64,000 nt of DNA. Source: Ascidiella aspersa. Lineage: Eukaryota. Each line of letters starts with the position of its first letter. Position 1 is the stretch's first letter. The stretch spans positions 15,438,001-15,502,000 of the forward strand of contig OZ004607.1 of the NCBI GenBank assembly GCA_963924565.1. Direction: 5' to 3'. Positions 1-12,733 of the stretch are shown here, one piece after another. The notes below the pieces were generated by a model that saw nothing but the letters and a program-made list of their open reading frames with translations, was not told where the DNA came from and did not search any database. Made by a program: the position numbers and the translations under genes.

Positions 1-325
1 TACTTAGTACGTAAGAGAACGGCTTTGTTGCTGGTAGGTTTCGGAGAGTGTTGCAACTACAGCTGGTCAGTCGCGCGTTTGTGCTATAGCGGTTTGTAGT
101 ATTTTAAACTTTGATAACTGCTGTTTTGTGTTTAAAACAATTAGTAGTTTGTCTTTGTTATAGAATGCAGTAAAAGTAAACTTAACTTTAGGAAGTACTT
201 AACATTTGTAACAATAAGATTCGTGTTTAATAAAAGTTAAACCCTTTACCGGGCGACAGGTTATCAATGTTATTTTTATTCTGGAACATTCTGTTATAGT
301 TAGTATAATACTGTGTAAACTAATA

Positions 326-2242
326 ATGGTCAACAGAAAGCTGAATCCGGTTCGCAGCTACTTTGTTTACGATGCGTCAAACAACACGTCCACCTGCTTG
401 GTCGACAAGTGTGGCTGCGCATTGTCGGGTAGCCACGCGTCAAATTTGGAACGCCATGTGAAGCGACACCACAAGGACGCACACCAAAAGCTTTTAAGCG
501 AGAAAAAAGGGTATGGAGCAAGTCTGGAAAGCCCGGTTGCCAAACGGATTAAACTATCCGAGGTGAAAATCGTGTCGAACATGCCTATTTATTCGGCTCA
601 ACCATGCACGCCAGTTAATGTCACGGAAGATAAAAATAGTTTGCTCAGTGCCTGTACAGAATTGGTTGTGAAAAACGGAAGGGGCATAGACCTCATTGAC
701 GACTCTGGCTTTCGCAAAATCGTCGAACCCTTATTAAAAAGATCAGGCAACAACCTTACTCAACTGAACAGTCGAATTCTAAGCGACCATATTCGCAGTT
801 TGGCTCAAACGTCACGAAACAAAATCAAACGTGAGGTCGCGGGCAAAGTCGTGTGTCTGAAATTTGACATAGTCACTTATGCGACGTGTTCTGCAATCGG
901 AGTAAATGTCCAGTTTGTAAACAACGGTAGAATCGTTTTGCGTTCTCTTGCCGTACAAAAGTTTTCCCAGCTTCAGTCTTCCACCTATTTGCAATATCTT
1001 CTAATGGAAATTTTGGAGACCTACGGCATCACCGCTAACCAAGTGTTTGGCGTAACAACAGATAACATAGCCAGTCTACCAACCTGCGACGTTACAGATG
1101 GTGTATGCGCTTTTAGTAATGACTTAAATACTCCAGTTACTTGTGACGAAGTCAGCGGCGACGAATTATCAGTTGTATCTGTTTACAAAGGCAGCACAAA
1201 CCTGCCCGCTGCTGGTAATCCACTTTCTAATCCTTTGCAGTCCTTGCAAGGTGTCCCGTGCGTTTCCCTACAGTTAAGATCTGCTGTCGACATGGCTCTG
1301 AGCGAAAAGTTTGTTCAAAACGTTTTGCGGAAAGCGAGGATTATGTGCAGTCACTTGCAAGAAGAAACCGGTACGGAAGCGAACGAGTCAACAGTCATCC
1401 CGAATTTAGATAGCCCTTCTAATTGGAAGTCATCATTACAAATGCTACAAAAACTTCTGGCACTACGAAACTTGTGCGACGAATTAAGCAGGGATGCCCA
1501 TGATAATACACTCAGTTCAGATGACTGGAACGTGATAGAGGAAGTCACGAGTACGTTGCTTCGTATTGCCGAAATTGCCAATTCGTTGCAATATGACCAA
1601 CGCACTTTGGGTGATTTTTACGGCTCTCTTTTAAAATTTAAGTTACAAATGGCGCGCCTTCCAAGTACTCTATTTGGAGAAGTAATTGTGTCTGCAGTAG
1701 TAGAAAAAGAAAAGGCTTTGCTGGAAAATGACGTGTTTGTCAGTTGTATCTATCTTGACCCGAGGTACAAACTGCTGTTGAACGAATCGCAGCGAAAAAG
1801 GGCCCAGGACCATCTGTTGAAAACTTGGGGCATGATTGGATTTAGTCGGAGCGATTTCGAGTCGAGCGGTTTGAATGTTGTTACAACTTCAGAAGACGAT
1901 CTGGACAAATTGCTTAAGGAAAAGGAATCGGAATACGCCAAACTAAAGGCAACCAGTGAAGTGTTACCTGAGCGCGTGAAAACTTTACTTGCTGCTTTTG
2001 TCGATGAGGAGAGGCTTCCAAAGGACGGAAATGTACTGAAATACTGGGATCAAGAAAGTGCCTCCAAACCCGAGCTATACGAACTTGCCAAGGTAGTCCT
2101 TGCTGTTCCCGCCACTGAAGCCAGTCTGATTATGACAACAGCAGCCCTTGAGTTGTCGCAGCCAGACCAAAATACAGAAAAATCGAATAAAATTATTGAA
2201 GATGTTCTGCTTTTGAGGGTGAACGATTATGTTAGCGCATGA
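326..2242 (+). CDS. ZBED-like protein: BED zinc finger plus hAT transposase-derived fold, probably domesticated and catalytically inactive; single exon, 638 aa
   Basis: N-terminal BED finger VRSYF...CLVDKC...SNLERHVKRHH. hAT blocks KFDIVT and VTTDN, YLDPRYK, and C-terminal dimerisation block LKYW...PELYELAKVVLAVPAT. The ORF is uninterrupted and I saw no flanking TIR/TSD in the window. Confidence 0.85.
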   Translation: MVNRKLNPVRSYFVYDASNNTSTCLVDKCGCALSGSHASNLERHVKRHHKDAHQKLLSEKKGYGASLESPVAKRIKLSEVKIVSNMPIYSAQPCTPVNVTEDKNSLLSACTELVVKNGRGIDLIDDSGFRKIVEPLLKRSGNNLTQLNSRILSDHIRSLAQTSRNKIKREVAGKVVCLKFDIVTYATCSAIGVNVQFVNNGRIVLRSLAVQKFSQLQSSTYLQYLLMEILETYGITANQVFGVTTDNIASLPTCDVTDGVCAFSNDLNTPVTCDEVSGDELSVVSVYKGSTNLPAAGNPLSNPLQSLQGVPCVSLQLRSAVDMALSEKFVQNVLRKARIMCSHLQEETGTEANESTVIPNLDSPSNWKSSLQMLQKLLALRNLCDELSRDAHDNTLSSDDWNVIEEVTSTLLRIAEIANSLQYDQRTLGDFYGSLLKFKLQMARLPSTLFGEVIVSAVVEKEKALLENDVFVSCIYLDPRYKLLLNESQRKRAQDHLLKTWGMIGFSRSDFESSGLNVVTTSEDDLDKLLKEKESEYAKLKATSEVLPERVKTLLAAFVDEERLPKDGNVLKYWDQESASKPELYELAKVVLAVPATEASLIMTTAALELSQPDQNTEKSNKIIEDVLLLRVNDYVSA

Positions 2243-3474
2243 ATTATTAAAAAAATAAAACATCTCCGACGATCGTTGTGTTTACTGGTATTATTTTTTA
2301 GTAACATTAGTCTTTTTTGAAGTTTTACTGTTTCAAGATCGGTAGGCTCTTTAACGATTTTGCATCCAAGCAAGGCAATAAACAGCAATATAAATATGAA
2401 CCTTTGGCAAAAAAGCAAAATATAAAGCACTTAATGATCAGCTATTGCAAAATTGCATGTTGTTATATGTCAACACTTATAACCAGATTTACGGTTAATC
2501 AAATTCCCGTTTTGGTTTGATTTTAATTTTTTTGATTTAAGTTTCGCTAAACCAAAAACCTGTTATTCTTTTCACGTATACAAATACAATAATGTATTGC
2601 AACTCAGCATTATAATGTGTTGTAACATAATCAGTAATGATGTAAGTTCCATGAAGTATAAGGCCTAACAAAAACTGAAAGATGAAATTATTTAATTTAA
2701 CCGCTAAAAAATGAAAAAGCGCCATTTTATGAATGTGCACTGTAAACTAGTGTTACCAACTTTCGCAAGATTGTTGCTGCATAGGCCCATGTCACGTTTT
2801 TGTCAGCTTCCAGGCATTTATTTATATTTGATTTATCGTATGGTCAATTCTTTAAAATAAGCAGTCTGTACATAAAACATAAAACATCCAGGTTAAAACG
2901 GATCTGTAATAGACCTAATGTAAAGTATGATTCCTTTTAAAAGAAAACTGTTAATATCCTTGATTTGACAAGCTGATAAGAGTAGCACTAAACGAGGATG
3001 CCTGTCTTACAAATATACTTTAGTTTTTTTTGTTTTTTTTTTGTTCTTTCAGTGCAAATCTGGATCCAAGCAACCTTTTTCCAACCGCTTGGGTTGGGTG
3101 TCTATTGACTTCTGGTTGTTTAAGTGTAAGCTAGGGCAAAATGTTAGAGTAAGACGCGTTTTGTGAGGTTCCTGTTCGGTTAAGGTTTATGTCACGTTTA
3201 AATAATCGGTTCAGTTACGGTTAGGCTGCTAAATAGCCTAAAAATCTGGTTTAGGGTTAACTACTGCTCGGAACACAATAATTCTTCAACCGGTTTATCA
3301 AAAAACGTTTTCAGGCTTTTGGCTCTCCAATTTTACTTTATATCCATTGTGCCGCGACTTCTCCTTCGAACTATTTTATTTAACTGATTTGCAGTTGTTC
3401 TTATTTTTTAGACATGCTAATCTTAAAATGTATTGCCGTAAAAAGCTTTTCTTGTGCAAATTCCGGCCGCTTTA

Positions 3475-3517
3475 CTTGACCCAAAGAGATTATAACTTAT
3501 AATCTCTTTGCTTGACC
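3475..3517. repeat. 29-bp perfect palindrome between 7-bp direct repeats (candidate transposon footprint)
   Basis: CTTGACC-CAAAGAGATTATAA-C-TTATAATCTCTTTG-CTTGACC. Confidence 0.7.
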
Positions 3518-3848
3518 GAAAGAGTACAACTAAACTTTACCGCTAAAAGCGGCAGAGAGCAAAAAGGAAAAAAATCATGCGTATATAAGTAGCGAACGCA
3601 AAATTACAAGTCTACTCAGCGCAGCTTATTTTGGTGAACGACGTACTGTTAAGTTGGAACTAGATAAATTTGAGGTTTTTGCTTTAGTTTTAAACAATAT
3701 TTATTGTTAGACTGTTTATTATTTGCATTATTTTGTTTTTTCTGTAGTTTTACCAATAACATGGTAAATTACTTTTACAGTTGAATCCCACTTTTGAAAC
3801 ACGTAAGGGGGTTACCCAAAGGTGAACCTCAGGTGTTATAATTTAAAA

Positions 3849-6800
3849 ATGTCGCCCACAAACGAAACGAACGTTCGTGGAAACAGTTTACCAAGTAGCT
3901 TGGCAGAATGTGTTCGAAAGATGGTCGCCTCAGGAGACAAGTTTTTTTCTCTTGAATACTTTCCTCCCAGAACAGAGCAGGGCGCATCTAACCTTATCGG
4001 CAGGTATACCCTAATGTACACATTTAGAAGTAATGTTATTTTGTTTTGGTAAATTGTGTTGGATAAATGTTCCGGCCTACCAAACACTACTGTTTGCTTT
4101 TATCATAGGTAAAGCTATCGCTATTTGGTTGATTGGCATAAGTACTAACTAGGGATTTTCAAAGTAGAATCCCAGGGGATTCTAGAACTTTAGGTTTCGA
4201 ATCTAGGATAACGAATCCAGAATATTGAATCCTGGTTTATTTGGGCCCACAGTCACAGCAATAAATTGTAAAATAATTGGCTAACATGTGTATATTATAA
4301 CAAAAAAATCTCCAAAATGTTTACCATTCTGAACAACTTTCATTTGAAGCAGTTGTGTCAACTGTAATCCCAGTGCAGGTTGTAGCCTAAAGTTAATATT
4401 TAGCCAATATAGTGAGTACAATGCAATACTACACAAACTCTTTTCAGCTCTTTAGCCATTTGGTCCTGTGTTTTAAAACATTGTTGTGTGTTAATTCTAC
4501 TTTTATCCAGGAAAATATGTCCACGGCCAGCACTTTTACAAGGGAATTAGGGTTCCTCTTTTTCCCAGATTTTTTCACTCCCGGGAAACGGGATTGACAA
4601 ATGAAACTTCCCGGGAATCCTGACAAAATTTTCGTGCCCTAATTACGTCATTATGATGATTAAAATTACTTTATATTAGCTCCAAACAATTAATTAAGCT
4701 CATTTATGTTCTGTAGTATTGCTTCTGCAATCTTCTCGTAGTAAAGTCAGCACCCTTATTTGTTTTTTTAGAAAACACACGCATAATACTAGGCGCATTT
4801 TTATTGGTAAAATAAATTTAATTATGTTTTTCCGCTGGTAAGCGCAAAAAAGCAACTCAAGCAACGACTTTAGTAGATTTGGTAACATTTTTTTTCTTTA
4901 TATTAATCAAAAATGACAATTATTTTTAAGTTTTGCTACGTTGCCGAATAACCGGGATTATAAAAAAATTTCCCGGGATTGGGGATCGTTATTTCGCGGG
5001 AAATCCCGGGAATTTCCTGTCAAAACATTCCCGGAGAGGAACCCTAAAGGGAATGCTACTTTTGCAATTTAACGCAGTTAAGAAAATTGCAAACTCCACA
5101 CCTGGCATTAAATGTTAGTCATTTGCCCAATAACGCTTGATTGACACTTATTTATTAGGCAAAGGGTATCATGAGACACGAAGCGACACTGCATTAACAG
5201 GTTACATTTCGGCAAGCACTATAAATGTGTCAACGCAGCGACAAGCCTTTATCTAAACTTGCCACTTGCGTTTCTATAATTATAGGCAACCAAAGGTGGT
5301 AAAATATTAAATTATATCGGTTCCAATTACCTGAAATAATTGGCAGAATTGGATACAAATTCCATTTGGATTTGAATCCAAAGATTCAATATTCTACTTT
5401 AAACATCCCTAGTTCCAACATATAAACAAAATACATTTGATTTGATGCATGCTAAAATGACTTTTAAAAGAATGTTTTATACTAATTTGACTAAAGTTGT
5501 TGATTTTCAATCAATATTTTTTAAGAGAAATAGGTTCATAACTTTGCAAGTTAAGCAGTTTGACATTGTATTTTACAAGTTGAAGATTGCTATTTTTGGC
5601 ACTTATAATATTCTGATTACAAAATGTAACAGGTTTACTTTATAGATTGGATCGCATGGGCCGTGGTGGACCACTTTTTGTTGATATTACTTGGCATCCA
5701 TCAGGTGATCCAGGTGGAGACAAAATTACTTCTTCGACTAAAATTGCTGGAACTGTTTTGAATTACTGTGGACTTGAAACAATGTTACACATGACTTGCG
5801 TCAATCAAACTGAAGAAACTATGCATAAGCATCTGGAGAAAACAAAAAAATCAGGAGTAAGAAACATATTAGCTCTCCGTGGAGGTAAATTTAAATACTC
5901 GTATATATAGACATAACCAATGTTTTTAAATTTAATCGTTTTGGAAAGCCTAACAAAAAAGTCATTTTTATTGTACGTCCTTTAAACAGTGGTTTGCAAC
6001 TTCAACAATAAAAATTGGTGGCTACCAATAGTTTGGTAAAGGATTGTGCAAAATGACTAGCATATAAACTTGTATAAGTCAAACAAAACATAAATAAGAA
6101 TAAAAAAGTATAATGTTTAGCAGATAAAGTTTTAAAACAACTGTACGCTCCATGCATTGTGAATACATAATTGACTATACCAGAGTCCGCTTGTTGTGTC
6201 AGCAATGCTATACAAGCTGGACTTGAATGATAATAATGCATACAGTAGATAACATAAATGATGAATGTTTAGATTGTGATACTGATGAATGGAAACCTCA
6301 ACCAGGTGGCTTCAATTATGCAGTAGATCTAGTCAATTACATCAGGAAAATGTACAAGGATTATTTTACCATTTGTGTTGCTGGTGAGTCCATTACTATG
6401 GTATTTTAGAATTAGAGGAGTGGTGTTGCATAACATAAGTTAAAGTAATTCCCATTTTTTTTGTTGGCCTGTTTTTTATTTAACACAGCATATCATAACA
6501 ATTCTAATCAGATTTTTGCAACACTTGTATTTGTATTTGAGGTTATCCAAATGGACATCCAGATAGTGAAACTTATGAAGAAGACTTAAAACACCTTAAA
6601 CAAAAAGTTGATGCTGGGGCTGATTTTATCATTACACAGCTGTTCTTCAAAGCGGAGGACTTTTTAAAATTTGTCGATGATTGCCGTTATGTTGGCATCA
6701 CTTGTCCAATAATACCAGGGATTTTTCCAATTCAGGTGTTACCTTTTAATTTGTTGCATAGGATTATCTGTTGCATGTTATACTTCATTTAAAATTAATA

Positions 6801-9694
6801 TATTTGTTTAATTTAATTAAAAAATTTGATGTTTTTATTGCAACTATTTAGACAAATCGATCCCTTGTCCAACTTACCAAACTATCCAAGTTAACTATTC
6901 CTCCAGAGATTGAGAATATTATTGAGCCCATCAAAGATAATGATGCTGCTATTCGCAAGTGTGTAGAATTCTATAAACATTTAGATGACCTTAAGAAAGG
7001 GATGTTTATAATCATGTAATTTCAGATATGGAATCGACTTTGCAACAGATCTTTGTCGAAATTTGTTAAATTCAGGAAAAGTAGATGGCTTGCACATGTA
7101 CACTTTAAATTTGGAAACTGCAACAATTCAGATTTTAAAAAATCTTGGTACGTTAAACAACATGTTTTTAAAGTTGTTTTTCTAAACAAACATTTTTTGC
7201 ATTAGGACTGTGGCAGGAGGAAGTTAAGAGACCTTTACCTTGGAGGTCTTCAGGTAATCCTGAAAGAAAGGTGAATGAAGAAGTACGCCCAATATTTTGG
7301 GTTGACAGACCAAAGAGCTATATTCACCGAACACAAGAATGGGATGAATTTCCTAATGGACGATGGTACACCATAGTACTTTTAGGTAAAATTAGTAAGT
7401 AGTTTGTTAAATACAGTGATTAACTGCAGGGGCGACTCTGCATCACCAGCATTTGGTGATCTAAAAGACTACCATCTCTTTTTCTTACGTTCGCGTACAC
7501 CGGCTTCAAAGTTAAAATTAATGTGGGGACAACAGCTGGAAACAGAATCAGATGTTTGGAAAGTTTTCGAGAATTTTATTACTGGAAAGAAAAATGAGAA
7601 TGGAACCAAGGTATTCTAAGTGATTTGTATTTGTTGAAATGTTCACACATGTTTTCACACTAATAAATATATTTGCATTAACTAAATTTAAGTGAACTAT
7701 GTGAATTAAGCAAAGACTATTATATAAACCTCCTAAATCAATAATTAAGAATAAATTCACCATAAGGTAAGACAAAGACCTTATTTACAGAAATCAAAAT
7801 TTGCTAGGTACTTGAAACTCCATGGTGTGATGATGGTCTGTCTCCAGAAACAAATCTTTTAAGTAAATATCTTGCGAAATACAATTCCCTTGGTGTTTTG
7901 ACTATCAACTCTCAGCCAAATGTCAATGGTGTTCCCTCAACCCATCCAATATTTGGCTGGGGAGATAAAGGAGGATATATTTACCAAAAGGTAAATCACC
8001 TAAATATTAAATTTTACTTTGTTCCTGCCAATGCCATTTTTTGTGTCTGTTTAAATATTTTAGGTAAAATTTAATTGTTTTGTTCTTCAGGCATACTTAG
8101 AGTTCTTTGTGAGCAAACATTTTGCTGAATCTTTAAAAAGTGTTTTGAAAAAATATCAACCGCGCGTGCTTTACCATATGATCAGCAATTGTGGGCGTGT
8201 TGACTTTACAAATGCTGATAGAAAAGTACCAAATGCTGTTACATGGGGTATATTTGGAGGAAAGGAAGTTATTCAACCCACAGTGGTGGATTCTGTTAGT
8301 TTTACAGTTTGGAAAGTAAGTGTTTTATATAAATTGTATAAATGTTTTTCATAATAAAATACATGTTTACATGCATTACACTAGCATTTAATAATGTTTA
8401 TGTTAATGACGGTCATAAAAAAAAAAATAAAAATAAATCATGTGACAATCGTTTGGAGTTTTAAATAAGTTTCTCAAAAAAAAAACAGTGTTTTTTTTTA
8501 AAAAGGCATCTAATTGGGAGTACATAGGCTTAACCTTTGGTAAACGCACCACTTGTAACACAAAGTGCCTATCAGGTGGTATTCTTACAGCTTGTCGGTC
8601 AACTGACAATTGACATGTTAGAATAAATATATGGACTCCAGCCATATGACAGAAATACGAACAACATCAATGTCGGAATAAAACACAGTTCGGAATATGA
8701 CCAATATATGACTAATACCTAATAGCCATAGCTACGGAAATAAATCGGAATAAGACCTATGGCCAGAATCAGGCCTAGCAACACTTACCCCAAACCCCAC
8801 CCAACTCCCCTAGTAATTTAAACCCTAACCCATTTTCTAACCCCACACATTACCCACCAATAACCCCAAACTAAGGCATCCAAACGTTGACACCAAAATT
8901 CCAATGCAGCAATTTTAGCATTGAAGGAAACTTTATCAAAAAATAGGGGTTAACAACTGAAGGTAATTCTTAACACTAAAGAAAATTTCGACCAAATAAC
9001 CAGGAAAAAATTTCTTAGAACATTTCAATATCATCTATTTTGCTTTTTTGAGCATAGTATTGATGTAATTTGGTATCTCTTCGGAACTTAACACTTTTCA
9101 CTAAAATGTCTGGTATCGTCATCGTAATAAAATATTAAGTATCCCACATCCCTAATGCTGAATGTGTATAACTTAAAGTATGAAGTTATTTTTTAATTAA
9201 AATAAATATTTTCAAAAAAATGTGTGTTTTTAAAATTCATTTAGTTTCTAAGGTTTAATGATTGTTAACATCATAATTTACCTGAACCTTACAACAAACA
9301 ATGTAGGTACAAAAATACTGTTTTAGTAACTTGATTAAGCAAAACATTACTAATGTTAGCAAGACAACAAATCTCAAAAAACCACTGTAGTTGTTATATT
9401 AATTGTTTATCGTTGTTGTGCAAAATAACTTCACTTATGATTTTTAAGGATGAAGCCTTTACGTTATGGAGAGAAAAGTGGGCAAAACTATATGAAATTG
9501 ATTCAAAATCAAGAGAAATAATTGAATATATAGCTGACAATTATTACTTGGTTAATTTGGTTGACAACGACTACCCAAATGAAAACATTTTGTGGACAGT
9601 TCTGGATGATATGATACAAACTTCCAAACAAGTAGCATCCAGTAATGGAAAGGAAGTCTCAAATGAAGCCAGTTGCTGTACCAATGGTTGTTGA
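3849..9694 (+). CDS. MTHFR: Methylenetetrahydrofolate reductase, 11 coding exons
   Basis: Exons joined by eye at GT-AG junctions in matching phase: 3849-4003, 5646-5884, 6273-6383, 6542-6735, 6852-6958, 7026-7147, 7206-7365, 7430-7610, 7808-7990, 8091-8315, 9449-9694. Motifs [78 protein letters not shown] cover the catalytic and SAM-binding regulatory domains. Confidence 0.97.
4150..5411. mobile_element. hAT-type MITE in MTHFR intron 1 (outer element)
   Basis: TIRs TAGGGATTTTCAAAGTAGAAT / ATTCTACTTTAAACATCCCTA; decayed 8-bp flanks GTACTAAC / GTTCCAAC. Confidence 0.7.
4548..5046. mobile_element. hAT-type MITE nested inside the 4150-5411 element
   Basis: TIRs TAGGGTTCCTCT / AGAGGAACCCTA; perfect 8-bp TSD AAGGGAAT (4540-4547, 5047-5054); CCCGGGA subterminal repeats. 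Confidence 0.88.
8636..8875 (+). repeat. Interspersed repeat with AACCCT-like tract; related copy at about 40110-40310
   Basis: Both loci share CAGCCATA.GAC.GAAAT..GAACAACATCAA.G.CGG.ATAAAACACAGTTCGGA.TA.GACC followed by degenerate AACCCT units. Confidence 0.65.
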
Positions 9695-9907
9695 AATGAC
9701 CAATGCTTTTGTCAGTTTAAAGTGTTGCTTTTATTGTTTTTGTCATTTCTAATTGTTCCATTAGTTTAAGTGTTACAGACTGTCATGGTTTCTGTTATAG
9801 TTATTGATACTATTGTTTAGTCTGTTTTCTTTTGTTACACTGGTATTGTAGTCAGCAGTTTGCCATGATATTTACACCTTTTAAATGTACATTTTAACCT
9901 TCTGCAA

Positions 9908-10298
9908 TAAGGTTGGTTTAATTTTTACCATCCGGATAACAGATATAGCTGGCTATAAAAAATAGCCCATACAGAAAATCCTATCGAAAAGCACAGTCAA
10001 AAAATTACAAAACAGTCCTCATTTTAAAGTGCAAGGGTAAAATAGAAGTTCTAAATAGTCTTTACATAATGAAGCTTAGCTTTTTAAGACTATTACCTCA
10101 ATTTCTCTAGCTCGTTTAAGTAACTTGGCATCTTAAAAATATTATGTATAAATTTGCTAAAACTAGTAACACAGTGACAAAAGCCGACAATGAGGTTAAT
10201 GTTTTGCAATCCAGTTAACCAAAAAAATTAACCCTGCATCGGATTGCGAAGAATCTGTAAGTTAACTGGTTAAGTGCTATCCGGATAGTCCAACCATA
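9908..10298. mobile_element. hAT-type MITE downstream of the MTHFR stop codon (probable 3' UTR)
   Basis: Ends TAAGGTTGG / CCAACCATA; perfect 8-bp TSD TTCTGCAA; TCCGGATA motifs near both ends. Confidence 0.75.
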
Positions 10299-10714
10299 TT
10301 CTGCAATGATTTATAATATATTTTATTTACACATTTTAGAATATTTGCACATATATTGAATTCTATTACCTTAGCTACCCTGCCTAACACAACCATGTTT
10401 TCTGTCTTGCCATTTTTTATTTCAGTTAATAAAAGTTTTGATAAATATGTATTACATTCAACACATTTTCGTTTTTAGCAACAGCATATGCAAATGAAGA
10501 TTTTAGTACACAGAAATAACAATTTGTAACAGTCTTTAAATGAAAGTTTGTATACCAAGCTGAATGCAAGTAGAATGTTTTTCAAACAAAAAATACAACA
10601 GTTTGATTGTTTTCAAACCAGTAGTGCAACAAAGTTACATAAATATGTTTTTATGTTATCATCTGGAATTAAAAACTAAAGATTGCACAAGAGTTAGGCA
10701 AGGTTTTAAAGATA

Positions 10715-12733
10715 TCATGGCTTCCATACTGATGTGTCTTTAAATAGATGTGAAAATACAAGTTTGTTAGGTAAATGCTGAGTTCTATCATCTTCTTCAC
10801 TTTCACTGCATTCTTTGTCACTCTCCTCACCATCCTCATTTTCACTTTCATCTGAAACTGATTCATCTTCTGAAGATGACTCACTATCAGTGTCCTCCTC
10901 ATTTGCAAGCTCTGCTTCCACCTTAACGTTTTTGTTGATCAATGTCACAATTAAATATAGACTTTCTATTAAAAGTTAAATCATATGGAGAATATAATTT
11001 TGGATTACCTGCATTTTTTCCTGTATTAACGGGCCAAACATTAAGGCCTCTGGATTCTGTGGCTCGTATATTAATATCATTTTACAGAGCTTTGATGCAT
11101 CCTCCCAATTAGCTGCCCTACAAAGTAAATGTATAAATAGTTTACCAAGTAGATATGGCCTTCACCAAAACATTAGAAAATTGCAACCTGACATATTGCA
11201 AAAACTCTGACAAAAGTTCAATGGGTGCTTTGATTGGTTCATCATCAGAGGAACAATCACTTTCTGGCTCATCAGATTCATCCTCTGATGAGCTTTGACT
11301 ATTGTTTATTAGCTGAGGAACTCCACCTTCTAGCTGAAATTAGTAAAATTAAATAATCAATCCACTTTCACTTCAAAAAAAATAAAGGGCTAAACATTAC
11401 AATATGCTGGTACATAGAACATTCTCTTAATAAATTTAGTTTTATTAGTTCTCTTCAAAACTAAGAATGTAGTGTAAAATTTAAAATATAAGTATATTAG
11501 CTAATGAATTAAAATTCCACACAATAAATCCAACAATCAGACATTTTTATAGAAAGTTATGATAATTTTTAACTGTTTTGGGTTAATATTTGAAGTGTAA
11601 GGACATTTATGGGTGGGATGAAAACAGGGCTGCGGAGTCGATTAAAAATGACCAGAGTCCGGCTCCAAAGTGTACGATTCGAGTCCGGCTCTGGCGAGAC
11701 AGGGCCGCGAACAATTTTTCAAAACAACGCCATGTCCCCTGTTGGTTCTGACTCAGCGTGAAATTTGTTTATGGAACTAAATATGGTGGATACCCAGCAA
11801 TCCACTAATAGGGGTATATTCATTCACCCATAATACATGGTTGGAAAATATTCATAATATTCTATATTACACTCTTACAATTAAAAATTGGCGATCGTAT
11901 CAGTTTCAAAATATGGTAGGCTATGTACATGCGCACGTCGGACTCGAGACTCAGGTTGTTTATGTGGTCCTACTCTGGTCCCGTGTACTGCTACAACAAA
12001 AGAGTACAAATTTGCACCCATGGATGGAAATGACTAGTTGCCCAACTAGTCAGATTATTGAATTTTAAAATTTGCACTATTGTCCATGAAATTACAAAAA
12101 TAGTAAGTCAATTATTAAGTTTTTATATGATTTAGTGCTATGTAAAAACTACAACTATAACATGAAAAATGCTTCATAAGGAATTTAACATCAATATCGC
12201 ATTTTTTTTTTGTATAGTCAGAAAGTGATGATAGGATAAAGGTTTTAAAATATAATGCTATAAAAAATATAATTTCATTAAGGTCAGGGTAATATGTTTT
12301 TAGGTAAACATGTTATAATAATGCCCCCAAAAAATTTTACATCACCTATCAAGGGCCCTAGTTTAAAGTACAATCCATTTTTGGTACAGTAACAAACCAG
12401 AGGATTCCTGTTGGTGTTAGGATTCCAGAACAGCGCCCTATGGAGTAACGCAAAATTTAATATGTGTGGCATCAAAAGTACGATCTGGCAAGCCCGATAT
12501 CAACCCCAAAGAACATTAAAAAAAGGAACAGATTTTAGAATAATATAGCCAATAGTTTGTATGAAAATAAAGTATGCGAAGAAAGTTAATCTTCATACTG
12601 GTTCGCCATGGTTAAGTTCAGGGTGTTCATCGTTCGATGATTTCCCAGATGTTGTTGAAAGATCTTTTAATGTGTTGACCATTTGACTGTATCGCAGATC
12701 CTTAGTAGTTGGAATGTCTCCACTTACTGACAT
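10715..12733 (-). CDS. ERICH2: Glutamate-rich protein 2-like, 4 coding exons
   Basis: Exons 12733-12599, 11333-11188, 11117-11009 and 10921-10715 splice in frame. The core APIELLSEFLQYVRAANWEDASKLCKMILIYEPQNPEA resembles the conserved ERICH2 block as I recall it (APLEL..EFL......AKKLCQMILIYEPENPEA), followed by an acidic E/D/S tail. Confidence 0.8.
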
